A DNA stretch of 32,000 nt from assembly GCA_025340205.1 (NCBI GenBank), contig CP006868.1:1653058-1685057 (forward strand), written 5' to 3'. A program made the translations under genes and the position numbers. The notes under the pieces were generated by a model. That model was not told the origin of the DNA. It ran no database searches and saw nothing but the letters and a program-made list of their open reading frames with translations. The DNA comes from Ignicoccus pacificus DSM 13166 (GTDB taxonomy: Archaea > Thermoproteota > Thermoprotei_A > Sulfolobales > Ignicoccaceae). This document shows positions 18,266 to 27,334 of the stretch, one piece after another. Numbering within the stretch: position 1 is the stretch's first letter; each line of letters starts with the position of its first letter.

Positions 18266-19486
18266 TAATGTATACAAGACGTAGCTATGCATTGCAGCGA
18301 ACTCGAAGAAGAACAGCGCGTCCAGTGGGAACGTAGTCTTTAGTTTGTTCGCGCTGTAATCGTAGAGTAAGCTCACGTAGGGTTCAAGGCCTCTGCTAAG
18401 GGCTAGTGACAGCGCGTAAGAGGCAGTTAGCGAACTCTTCTTCAGTACGTTTTCTAGGCTTATCGAGTAGTTCGTGTGTAGCGTGTAACTGGCAGATGCT
18501 ATAAAGTACATGCTGGCGGCCATCCTGAATATGGCTGGTTTATCGCTAGCGATCTTGTATATCGCTATGGCGGTCTCTAAGTTCTTATCTACGGGTATGT
18601 TCATTGCCAGTAGGTAGCCTAGGATGCCGTTTGCTGAGGAGTATAAGGCGTCAGCAGTCTTATTGAAGGTTATTTCACTTATCATCAATGAACGTGGGGC
18701 CGAGGGAACTACCTTGAGTAACTCTAGCCAAGTCCTCGTAGCTAGTGAATAATACTTGGAGTACACCAAGTAAGTTATCACATCATCGATGTTCGTGGAG
18801 TTGAGAGCGGCGTGGTAGTAGTAGTATGACTTAAGGGCTCTGCTCGCGGCAGTCATCAATACGTCCAACTTGTTAGGGTCGTATGTCATGTTACCCATGA
18901 CGATTTTCATGCTCTCCTTGGAGTATTTTTGTGCCTCCGTTCCAAGAGTCAAGATAGCTTGGAATCCATGGAGTGTTACTTGATCTATCCAGTAGGCCTT
19001 CTCAGCATACAAGGCAGCGGTAAAGGCCATGTTAACCGCTTGATACGGTTGAGTCTTTGAGAGCTTCAGCGCCTCATGGGCGAACTCGGAAGCCCTTTCG
19101 AGAAGGTTGACGCTTATGTCAGTCAACCCTCTGGTCTCGTACTTGTACTCTTCGTAGAGCTTCAGATAATAGTTTAGCCAGTTCTCCAACGTAGACTTCA
19201 GAGCAGCTGGAAGATCTTCAGCAACGAATGGTTTCGGTATCTTGGGCGGATTTGGTACCCAGTACTTGAGTGCGTCAAAGATCGTGGCTACTGGAATTAC
19301 CTTTATCCCGAGCTTTTTGCCCTCTTCTATCAAGTTTACTTTAATCTTCGAGATGCTCTGAATGACGCCGAAGGGGGTATTGACTTCCTTTACCTTTGAC
19401 AAGAAGGTAACGTTCTCGCCAAATGGTATGAGGAAGTACTTATATCCTTTTTCGGCAGCTGCCTTCATCTTGGCATAAACTCCCAC
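18260..19486 (-). CDS. C-terminal part of the Lon-like protease (catalytic Lys region plus helical domain), out of frame with the N-terminal part
   Basis: Starts at GVYAKMKAAAEKGYKYFLIP, which continues the S16 domain of the upstream ORF after a one-base shift. Confidence 0.75.
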   Translation of the reverse strand: MGVYAKMKAAAEKGYKYFLIPFGENVTFLSKVKEVNTPFGVIQSISKIKVNLIEEGKKLGIKVIPVATIFDALKYWVPNPPKIPKPFVAEDLPAALKSTLENWLNYYLKLYEEYKYETRGLTDISVNLLERASEFAHEALKLSKTQPYQAVNMAFTAALYAEKAYWIDQVTLHGFQAILTLGTEAQKYSKESMKIVMGNMTYDPNKLDVLMTAASRALKSYYYYHAALNSTNIDDVITYLVYSKYYSLATRTWLELLKVVPSAPRSLMISEITFNKTADALYSSANGILGYLLAMNIPVDKNLETAIAIYKIASDKPAIFRMAASMYFIASASYTLHTNYSISLENVLKKSSLTASYALSLALSRGLEPYVSLLYDYSANKLKTTFPLDALFFFEFAAMHSYVLYTLS

Positions 19487-19943
19487 CTACGGGCCCTATT
19501 GTCGCGTCTGGGCTTATGGTACCCGTTCCAGCGACGTATGGCTTTGGTTTTTGGTGAGTAAGAGCACAATAGACGGCGACGGTCATGGGCATTCCGGCGC
19601 TAGGGCCTCCGACTATCACGCTTGGTGTCTTAAAGTGAAAGAAGAAGTCGTATTTAGTCCAGTCCTTGTGAGCCAACATCGAAGCAACAAGCACTGCTAT
19701 CCTGGCAATTCCTTGCGTGTCAACTTCTGTCAGGGGTTCTGAGGAGACGTATATCTGTCCCTTTCCGGGATATGCTACGGTGACTTGAAGGGAGCCTACT
19801 ACGCCCTTCTCTCCGAAGGGTGTCAAGGTGACGCCGACCACTGGTACCGTAACCGTAGTGACGTTACTGTAACATTTCGAGAAGGCAAACGATGGTGTGA
19901 TTGCGAAGAATAGTGCTATCAACACTAGAGCAAATCTCCTCAT
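19440..19943 (-). CDS. N-terminal part of a secreted Lon-like (peptidase S16) protease with signal peptide
   Basis: Signal peptide MRRFALVLIALFFAITPSFAF; catalytic Ser motif GGPSAGMPMTVAVY; TGTISPDATIGPVGG; then an unrelated tail SLCQDEGSCRKRI. Confidence 0.8.
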   Translation of the reverse strand: MRRFALVLIALFFAITPSFAFSKCYSNVTTVTVPVVGVTLTPFGEKGVVGSLQVTVAYPGKGQIYVSSEPLTEVDTQGIARIAVLVASMLAHKDWTKYDFFFHFKTPSVIVGGPSAGMPMTVAVYCALTHQKPKPYVAGTGTISPDATIGPVGGSLCQDEGSCRKRI

Positions 19944-19984
19944 TTCCCTTACCCTGTGAGCGAAGGACAGATGGTACTAAAGAG

Positions 19985-21289
19985 TCAATAGTTCAAGATC
20001 GCTAGTACCATTTGTTTTAGATCGCATAAATCTTTAGCCAGAAGTCTGATCATCGCTTCCTTGCCATAATATCCTCTATCATATATGACGTCGGGAAGCC
20101 TTCCAGTTTTCTTTACGGCTTCCTCAACTACCCAACCCATCGTCTTAACTCCTCTTGGCTGTTTACTTCTATCTACTTCGACGACAAGATAACCAGCTTC
20201 TTTCAAGGCTTGGATGTTTTCTTTACTGTATCTAACATTCATAGCTACGTTTACCTCTCCGTATTTTCTAGCGGATAGAAGCAATCTAGCCATGTGGTCA
20301 GAGCCACCCCACCAAGGGCATTCTAATCTTCTCAAACCATTGGGCGTTAAGTGAAGTCTGCCTGGGACACCCATTACAGTGCCCACACTTCTACTAACCT
20401 CTTTGGGAACGGAGCACGCGACGTTGAGGCCTACTTCTGGTGCTATCTTCTTAGCTTTTTCATAAGGCAAGGATTCTAACCATTTAATGAACGCCCTATA
20501 TCGTTCATGACACTCAAATCGCGCTATTGCAAGACGATGAGAAAACAGGGGATCGGGTACATAACCGCCTACATCCCTTGCGAATTTGTGAAGTAGACGC
20601 GTGAACCCTATTGCTTTCCTCGCAGCTATGAATGGATCTTCTCCTTTGGCTAAGAGGGCAGTAAGGGCGGAAGCTAGGGCGCTGCCAGAACCATGAAGGT
20701 TTATATTTACTTTGCTTCCGTGTAATAGAGCATAATTACCTTTATAATATATCACATCGACCAATTTCGAGTCTCCTAGATGACCTCCCGTTAAGACCAC
20801 TAGCTCTGGTCCCATCTCAGAAAGTCTTTGAGCGACACGAAGCATATCATCCTCATCCTTTACCTTTACGTTAGTTAGGATTTCAGCTTCTGGAATGTTC
20901 GGCGTTACTGCAAACGCATGAGAAAGTAGATCTCTATACGCGTTAGGGTCTCCATCGAAGAGGGTCCCACCAACGCCGGCCTTTAAGACAGGATCAACTA
21001 TGAGATGGTTGTTATTCTTTATAGAAAGATCTAGGATTGTCCTAAGGATTTCTTCGTTACAGAGTGCACCTGTTTTCCAGTATTTCAGCATTGTGTAAGG
21101 TTGTATCTGGCGAACTATGGTGGACACATCTAAGCATTGTCCACCGTAATATTCAGTAGGTGTTTGATACGTGATCATAGTGGCGATAGGATGCACATGG
21201 ACGTCAAACGCTTCGCCAACTTTAACATCCAGCTCTACGCCAGCACCACCGGAGGGATCGATGCCACCGATAGTCACCATCCTCCACAT
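19985..21289 (-). CDS. thiD: Bifunctional hydroxymethylpyrimidine/phosphomethylpyrimidine kinase and ThiN-type thiamine-phosphate synthase
   Basis: ThiD: VTIGGIDPSGGAGVELDVK, LIVDPVLKAGVG; C-terminal ThiN-like domain MGWVVEEAVKKTGRLPDVIYDRGYYGKEAMIRLL. Confidence 0.88.
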   Translation of the reverse strand: MWRMVTIGGIDPSGGAGVELDVKVGEAFDVHVHPIATMITYQTPTEYYGGQCLDVSTIVRQIQPYTMLKYWKTGALCNEEILRTILDLSIKNNNHLIVDPVLKAGVGGTLFDGDPNAYRDLLSHAFAVTPNIPEAEILTNVKVKDEDDMLRVAQRLSEMGPELVVLTGGHLGDSKLVDVIYYKGNYALLHGSKVNINLHGSGSALASALTALLAKGEDPFIAARKAIGFTRLLHKFARDVGGYVPDPLFSHRLAIARFECHERYRAFIKWLESLPYEKAKKIAPEVGLNVACSVPKEVSRSVGTVMGVPGRLHLTPNGLRRLECPWWGGSDHMARLLLSARKYGEVNVAMNVRYSKENIQALKEAGYLVVEVDRSKQPRGVKTMGWVVEEAVKKTGRLPDVIYDRGYYGKEAMIRLLAKDLCDLKQMVLAILNY

Positions 21290-21328
21290 AGGATCACAAG
21301 AGGCGTTGATAGGAGGTGTTAGTAAATC

Positions 21329-22165
21329 ATGCTATCGAAAAAGTATCCGATAAGAGGCACTAAAGTTTCATGGGGTAAAGAGAACCTTGTCGCGGTGGTG
21401 AGGGAGGAAGGCGGAGTCGCCCTCATCGATGTAGATAGTTCGCTTGTTAAGGTGATAGGGGGATTCTTGTCTTTCCAAGACGTTGCATGGAGCAAAAACA
21501 GGATAGCATGTGCTGCAAGAGCTATAGTGATGATATATGATCTTAACGGTGAGTTACATAAGGTAGTGAAGGTCGCTAGCGAGATCACGGCGTTAGGATC
21601 CTTAGAAATAGGATTTATCATAGGAACTGAAGAAGGAGAGCTAATTATGATAGATGAAAACGGTAAGAAGATCTGGGAGAACAAGGTATGGGATGGTCGA
21701 ATTGATCGAATAGAAAGAAGTAGTAGTGGATACATTCTTGTTATAGCGAACAAATATACTCTCTTAGTAGTTAGTCCCGAGGGTAAGGTAATTACAACGA
21801 ATAGCTATCGGTGGGATATGAGAAGAGTAGCTTGGAATAGTGACATGAGCTTACTAGGGGTTCCAGAGAAAGGAATATTCATCATATACAAGTGGGTTGA
21901 GGGTCAAGGCTATGTAAAAGAGAAAATGATAAAAGAGGAAGTAAAGAAAGCTGCGTGGTGTAATGGAAAGCTAGGTCTGCTAGGTCATATGGGCTTCAGA
22001 ATTTACGATGAAGAGGATAAGAACGATATACTCATTAGAATAGAAGGCGTAGACTTCGATTGGTCCCCCAACTGTAACGGCGTTTCAATATTAAGTAAAG
22101 ATCATCTTTACGTAATCTCCGATTTGAACTCTACCGCAACCAGTATGTCATTAGGGTCCAAGTAG
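21329..22165 (+). CDS. WD40-like beta-propeller protein
   Basis: Repeated W-containing blades: VAWSKNRIACAARAIVMIYDLNGE, VAWNSDMSLLGVPEKGIFIIYKW, AAWCNGKLGLLGHMGFRIYD, FDWSPNCNGVSILSKDHLYVI. Confidence 0.6.
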   Translation: MLSKKYPIRGTKVSWGKENLVAVVREEGGVALIDVDSSLVKVIGGFLSFQDVAWSKNRIACAARAIVMIYDLNGELHKVVKVASEITALGSLEIGFIIGTEEGELIMIDENGKKIWENKVWDGRIDRIERSSSGYILVIANKYTLLVVSPEGKVITTNSYRWDMRRVAWNSDMSLLGVPEKGIFIIYKWVEGQGYVKEKMIKEEVKKAAWCNGKLGLLGHMGFRIYDEEDKNDILIRIEGVDFDWSPNCNGVSILSKDHLYVISDLNSTATSMSLGSK

Positions 22166-23244
22166 TCAAAGGGTTTCAAGGGCTCTATGTCCATGACGCT
22201 TTTAACTCTAGCTACGACGTATACTTTCGTCCCTCTGATCTTGGAGGCAAGCTTAGAGACCCTCTCTGCTGTGATGTTATCCTTACGACCCAAGGGGACT
22301 ACCTTATTTCCAACTCTCATAAATACTAGACCTAAGGGTCCTTCCATCAACTTTATCTCAAGTAGATTGGGATGACCCTCAGAAAGTGCAGAGAGGAACA
22401 TTGCTGCGACAGGATCAGAGAACGACTCCATGAACAAGCCTCCGATGAGTTTGGAGGGTACTACTACGTCCACATTTACCAATTCACTTAATATCTTCTC
22501 TCCTTGAGAAGTATATGAGAGGGAGATTATCGTCGGTGGGTATATTCTCTTTCCCTCAACACTCTTGACTACTAATGCGGAGGCGACGTTCTCTTTATCG
22601 CTACTTCCGCAGATTATTATCTTGTTGCACGTTAGTATATCAGCTCTATAGTATGTGTCCAAATGAGTGAGATCGCCCTTTATTATCATAACACCTAAGG
22701 AGCGAGCGTTCAGTACATACTTATCTGGGGTCTCCGGTGAGGTTACCCAAACTATCCTGCTCGATTTGCCAGTTAGCTTACGAAGCCTCTCGGCGATGTC
22801 CACACAAGCGGGTGAGGTCCCTACGAGAAGTATGTTAGTGCCTCTTACCTTTCCTCCTCCCTCTCTTTCCAAGATCGCTTTAGATACTACGTTATGGGCA
22901 GCGAGGCTCAGAGCGACGGTTAAAGTGCTAAAGCCGGTTATTGCTACTACCATCGCTATCAACTTACCGATCATTGTATGGGGAACTATGTCACCGTATC
23001 CTACAGTAGTTATTGTGATGATTATCCAATATATTGCATTAAAGAAGTTCAGATGTTCTATTCTTGCATAAATATTGCTGAATATCCAAACGAAGGCGAC
23101 TAAGAATAATATTAGCATTATAGGAGTTCTACCCAGTATCGTACTGTAGAGCCAGAGTAACCATAAGTAGACAGATCTGAGGGATCTGTTTAACTTCCTA
23201 AGCTTGTATGTCAATTCACGAACTTTCAAGACTGACTGATCCAA
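22108..23244 (-). CDS. Potassium channel with cytoplasmic TrkA-N (RCK) domain
   Basis: Selectivity filter TITTVGYGDIVP between TM helices, followed by NILLVGTSPACVDIAERL Rossmann-type TrkA-N domain. Confidence 0.88.
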   Translation of the reverse strand: MDQSVLKVRELTYKLRKLNRSLRSVYLWLLWLYSTILGRTPIMLILFLVAFVWIFSNIYARIEHLNFFNAIYWIIITITTVGYGDIVPHTMIGKLIAMVVAITGFSTLTVALSLAAHNVVSKAILEREGGGKVRGTNILLVGTSPACVDIAERLRKLTGKSSRIVWVTSPETPDKYVLNARSLGVMIIKGDLTHLDTYYRADILTCNKIIICGSSDKENVASALVVKSVEGKRIYPPTIISLSYTSQGEKILSELVNVDVVVPSKLIGGLFMESFSDPVAAMFLSALSEGHPNLLEIKLMEGPLGLVFMRVGNKVVPLGRKDNITAERVSKLASKIRGTKVYVVARVKSVMDIEPLKPFDYLDPNDILVAVEFKSEIT

Positions 23245-23293
23245 AAGTCACTAGAGAAGATGTTGATAAAGGTTTCACGAGAACGCTTTCCAC

Positions 23294-23350
23294 GGCTATG
23301 ATGAGGGTTAAAAGCGGTGACTTGATGATCGAGGGTCAAGCGCTGAGCCA
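23294..23350 (+). ncRNA. Candidate C/D-box sRNA upstream of infB
   Basis: Box C ATGATGA (23298-23304), 12 nt, D' GTGA (23317-23320), C' TTGATGA (23322-23328), 14 nt, box D CTGA (23343-23346); short flanking GGC/GCC stem; entirely intergenic. Confidence 0.65.
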
Positions 23351-23396
23351 CCCTATTTAAACTATCTCTTTAAGGTCTGTGAAACGGTGAGATAGA

Positions 23397-25220
23397 GTGA
23401 GCGAGGAGCGTCAGCGAAGGCTCAGGCAACCTATAGTGGCCGTGCTAGGTCACGTCGATCACGGAAAGACTACCTTGTTAGATAAGATTAGGGGAACGAC
23501 AGTAGCGGCCAAGGAGCCAGGGCAGATAACTCAGCACGTAGGAGCGAGTTTAGTACCATCAAATGTCATCGAAAAAGTTACTGAACCTCTGAAGAAATTG
23601 ATACCGACGGTGAAGCTGGAGCTACCGGGCTTATTGTTTATTGACACGCCAGGTCACGAGATATTTACAAATTTGAGAAAAAGAGGCGGCGCGGTTGCCG
23701 ATCTAGCCATATTAGTCGTAGATATAATGGAAGGATTCCAACCGCAAACGTATGAAGCCGTTGAAATCCTTAAACAAAGGAAAGTGCCCTTCATCGTAGC
23801 AGCTAACAAGGTCGATAGGATACCCGGCTGGAGACCTAACCCAGACCAGCCCATATTGATAAGCATGAGGAAGCAAGATCCCTCCGTAATAGAGTTCATG
23901 GATAATCAGATATACAAGATTATGGGAGAATTGGCAAAAATGGGCTTCGATAGCGATAGATTCGACAGAATAAAGAATTACACTAGACAAATAGCGATAG
24001 TTCCCATATCCGCCAAGACTGGAGAAGGCGTGCCCGAACTACTGGCACTCCTAGCCGGATTGGCCCAGAGGTTCATGAAAGGAAAGCTCAAGTATGTTGA
24101 GGGACCAGCTAAGGGCGTAGTTATGGAAGTCAAGGAGGAACCCGGGTACGGATCCACAATTGATACCATAATTTATGATGGTATAATAAAGCAAGGTGAC
24201 ACAATAGTAGTCGGCGGAATCGAAGAACCGATAGTGACTAAGGTTAGGGCACTTCTGATACCAGAACCTCTGCAAGAGATAAGGGCTACCAAGAGGTTCA
24301 GAGCGGTTGATGAAGTAAGCGCAGCGGCAGGAGTGAAGATAGTTGCGCCCGGCCTCGACAAAGCGGTAGCCGGTGCACCAATATATGTAGTTGAAAGAGA
24401 GGAAGATTTGGAGAAGATAAAGGAGCAAGTCAAGAAGGAAGTCGAGGAGGTACTTATCGAGACCGATGCAGAGGGAGTAATAGTAAAGGCCGATACCTTA
24501 GGTACCTTGGAGGCTTTGGTTCAATTCTTAAGAAGTAGAAACATACCGGTGAGGATGGCCAGAGTAGGTCCAGTCACCAAGAGAGACGTTATGGAAGCTA
24601 TAGCTGTCAAGAGGCATAAGAAGGAATACGGTGTCATACTAGCCTTTAACGTCAAGGTGTTACCAGAAGCTAAGGAGCTGGCGGAGAAGGAGGGTATAAA
24701 GATCTTCCAGCACAACGTAATATACAAGCTCATTGAAGACTTTGAGGAGTGGTTGAATAAGCTTAAGGAAGAGGAGAGGCGGAAGGAGCTAGAGAAGCTA
24801 ATTAGACCCGGAAAGATACGCATTCTTCCGGGTTTCGTCTTCAGAAGGAGCGATCCAGCTATCGTCGGAGTGGAGGTACTAGGAGGAACGATAAAGCCTG
24901 GCTACCCCTTAATGAAGGAGAGCGGTGAAAGGGTTGGATCAATACTTCAAATACAAGATAAAGGGAAAACAGTTCACGTAGCCAGAGCTGGGCAACAAGT
25001 AGCGATATCGATTAAGGGTAGAGTAATGGTGGGTAGACACATTCACGAAGGAGAAATACTCTATACAGACATACCTTCCTCACATGCGAGGCTCTGGCAG
25101 ACGAAGTTCAGGAAGGAGTTAAGTGACGACGAATGGCATACGTTACAAGAGATCATAAAGATAAAGAGGAAACAAGATCCCCTCTACGGGCTTGCCATAG
25201 GTGCTTCAACCAATAAGTGA
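23397..25220 (+). CDS. infB: Translation initiation factor aIF5B/IF-2
   Basis: VLGHVDHGKTTLLDKIRG, DTPGHEIF, NKVD, aIF5B-like C-terminal region; GTG start. Confidence 0.96.
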   Translation: MSEERQRRLRQPIVAVLGHVDHGKTTLLDKIRGTTVAAKEPGQITQHVGASLVPSNVIEKVTEPLKKLIPTVKLELPGLLFIDTPGHEIFTNLRKRGGAVADLAILVVDIMEGFQPQTYEAVEILKQRKVPFIVAANKVDRIPGWRPNPDQPILISMRKQDPSVIEFMDNQIYKIMGELAKMGFDSDRFDRIKNYTRQIAIVPISAKTGEGVPELLALLAGLAQRFMKGKLKYVEGPAKGVVMEVKEEPGYGSTIDTIIYDGIIKQGDTIVVGGIEEPIVTKVRALLIPEPLQEIRATKRFRAVDEVSAAAGVKIVAPGLDKAVAGAPIYVVEREEDLEKIKEQVKKEVEEVLIETDAEGVIVKADTLGTLEALVQFLRSRNIPVRMARVGPVTKRDVMEAIAVKRHKKEYGVILAFNVKVLPEAKELAEKEGIKIFQHNVIYKLIEDFEEWLNKLKEEERRKELEKLIRPGKIRILPGFVFRRSDPAIVGVEVLGGTIKPGYPLMKESGERVGSILQIQDKGKTVHVARAGQQVAISIKGRVMVGRHIHEGEILYTDIPSSHARLWQTKFRKELSDDEWHTLQEIIKIKRKQDPLYGLAIGASTNK

Positions 25221-25233
25221 GGGCGACTTTTTG

Positions 25234-25291
25234 ATGATGAGTAAGGGAGTCAGGTGATCCAAAAGGAGATGACCGGAAACGGAACAGCTGA
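25234..25291 (+). ncRNA. Candidate C/D-box sRNA downstream of infB
   Basis: Box C ATGATGA (25234-25240), possible D' GTGA (25254-25257), C'-like GAGATGA (25266-25272), box D CTGA (25288-25291); no obvious terminal stem. Confidence 0.4.
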
Positions 25292-25314
25292 GACTATTTC
25301 CTTGCGCATCTTGG

Positions 25315-25371
25315 GCACAATGAGGATGCTAGAAAGGGGCGAGAGATGAGCGGAGGCCGGGCTCCGAGTGC
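25315..25371 (+). ncRNA. Candidate degenerate C/D-box sRNA between infB and trpD
   Basis: GCAC/GTGC terminal stem enclosing C-like ATGAGGA, 12 nt, GCGA, GAGATGA, 14 nt, CCGA; boxes deviate from consensus. Confidence 0.25.
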
Positions 25372-26390
25372 TAAAAGGTTGGCTTACCACCGGACGCCTC
25401 AACGATCCTTCGAATTCTCTCGATAACGTCGTTGCTTTTGATGAAATCTATTACCTCGTCGTATGCTTCTCTAAGGTCCTTTTCACTTAATACGTGTAAG
25501 GCCATAGCAGCGTTCAAGCCCAAGAAGATGGCTTCTGGGACTTCTCCTCTAAAGGCCCTTAGAACCTTTTCCTTGGACTCTTCAACGCTGCTCACCCTTA
25601 ATGGATCCAAGCTCTCTAAAGCTCTTGCTCCAAAGTCACTTACATCTACCACGCTCTTAGTAATCTCCCCGTCTTCAATTAAGTAAACTTGAGTAGTTGA
25701 TATGGGAGAAACCTCATCAATACCCGGTCTTCCATGTATCACAGCAGCTCTCTTGATTCCTAAGGTACTTAGCGCCTTTGCCATGGGTTCTAGCATCCAC
25801 TCCTTACTAACGCCGAGCACTTGGTAGCCTGGTCTCGCTGGGTTGCTTAGAGGTCCTATTAAGTTAAAGATAGTCCTTATCCCCAGCGCCTTTCGTACTG
25901 GCATCACGTTCTTCATGGCAGGGTGATACTTGGGAGCGAAGATAAACGCAAAGTTACTTTTTGCTAAAGCTTTCTCAACCTCTTCTGGAGATAGATCGAT
26001 CTTATAACCTAATGCTTCGAGAAGATCAGCACTTCCGCTAATTCCAGAGACGCTTCTGTTTCCATGCTTGACTACGGGATAACCCATAGCTGCCAAAAGA
26101 AATGCGGTAGCGGTACTTACGTTGAATAATGAGGCCTTATCCCCGCCCGTCCCTGCGGTGTCTAACGCTTCAGGGAAGGGGCCCACCTTGATTGCGAGAT
26201 CTCTAAGCGCCTTGGCGAACCCTGCTATTTCATTGAAACCTTCACCTTTACATCGCAACGCTACTAGGATAGCACTCTTCATTACGTCATCAATTTTGTT
26301 CTCTGCAATTGCTAAGGCCACATTATATGCATCCTCTAAAGAGAGATCCTTACCTGAAAGAAGGAGTTCGAGGAGTTCATTCCACTTCAC
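25371..26390 (-). CDS. trpD: Anthranilate phosphoribosyltransferase
   Basis: LDTAGTGGDKASLFNVSTATAFLLAAMGYPVVKHGNRSVSGISGSADLLEALGY. Confidence 0.95.
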   Translation of the reverse strand: MKWNELLELLLSGKDLSLEDAYNVALAIAENKIDDVMKSAILVALRCKGEGFNEIAGFAKALRDLAIKVGPFPEALDTAGTGGDKASLFNVSTATAFLLAAMGYPVVKHGNRSVSGISGSADLLEALGYKIDLSPEEVEKALAKSNFAFIFAPKYHPAMKNVMPVRKALGIRTIFNLIGPLSNPARPGYQVLGVSKEWMLEPMAKALSTLGIKRAAVIHGRPGIDEVSPISTTQVYLIEDGEITKSVVDVSDFGARALESLDPLRVSSVEESKEKVLRAFRGEVPEAIFLGLNAAMALHVLSEKDLREAYDEVIDFIKSNDVIERIRRIVEASGGKPTF

Positions 26391-26555
26391 GACTGTGTAC
26401 CGAGGATAGGTAAAGGTAATTGTACAAAAAAGTTACTCCTTGGGCTTGCAGATGACAGGGGCGTTAGGGCCTTGGTCCTCGCAGACTAGAACGACCTCGT
26501 TGTTCTCGGTGTTCGCGCTCATGAGGTTCCACCATGAGGCACAGTCTTGTGGGCA

Positions 26556-27311
26556 CTATATAAGCAAAGCGTTCAGTAACTCTAGTTGTGAAGCGAAATT
26601 CAATGCCTTGAACTTATCGGGGGTGTCGAAGGGCGAACCTAGGTACTTTGTAGCGCAACCTATCCATAACATTCCGTTATCCGTAAAGGACTCTTCACAA
26701 ACTCCTATCCCATCCACCATGTAGATCGTTTTACAGTACTCGCCAAGTAGGTCGCTCGGAAAGTTAGCGAAGAATCGAGGGATGAAAATGAGCGTCCTCT
26801 TAGTTCTAAAGATAGATAGAGTGACAAGAGCGGTCATGCTGTGGGAAAAAGCGTACCACAGACCATCGTAAAACGTCACTATGCATATCTCATCACCTGG
26901 TTTAATGAAAACGTCAAGAAAACCACTGTAAGCATTTACCTTCACCTCGGCATCAAACGCGCCCACCTTACTTGCGGTGAAGATCTTCTCTTTGTATTCT
27001 ATGGGAACGGCAATGGCAGCTCCTTCTATGATGTTCGGAGTCCTAGGCAGGACAGATCCCTCAAAATATAGAATATTATCCAACGGTTGGATTCTATTTG
27101 AAATGATTCTTATCTTTCCAGAGAGAAACCCAGAGGGAAGACAAGGTATCCTATTTTCAGCAACTACGTGACAATTCCAGTCCTCCACGATTATTCCGGG
27201 CGTTTTTTCTTTGAAAACATCAAAATGAGACTTGATATATTTAGAACGTTCTTCTATTATCTTTAACGGTGACATGGTGAAGCTAGATAGCCTCGACGCC
27301 TCGGAGAGCAC
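26556..27311 (-). CDS. Hypothetical protein, about 240-251 aa
   Basis: Long ORF downstream of hyuB on the same strand; start may be the internal Met (MSPLKIIEER). Confidence 0.6.
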   Translation of the reverse strand: MLSEASRLSSFTMSPLKIIEERSKYIKSHFDVFKEKTPGIIVEDWNCHVVAENRIPCLPSGFLSGKIRIISNRIQPLDNILYFEGSVLPRTPNIIEGAAIAVPIEYKEKIFTASKVGAFDAEVKVNAYSGFLDVFIKPGDEICIVTFYDGLWYAFSHSMTALVTLSIFRTKRTLIFIPRFFANFPSDLLGEYCKTIYMVDGIGVCEESFTDNGMLWIGCATKYLGSPFDTPDKFKALNFASQLELLNALLI

Positions 27312-27334
27312 GTATTGGTACAGTTCGAAAAGCC

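Noticed and set aside
24051-24428. Minus-strand ORFs within infB (also 23654, 23712, 23978, 24173, 24521)
   Set aside because: All are antisense to the strongly conserved infB gene.
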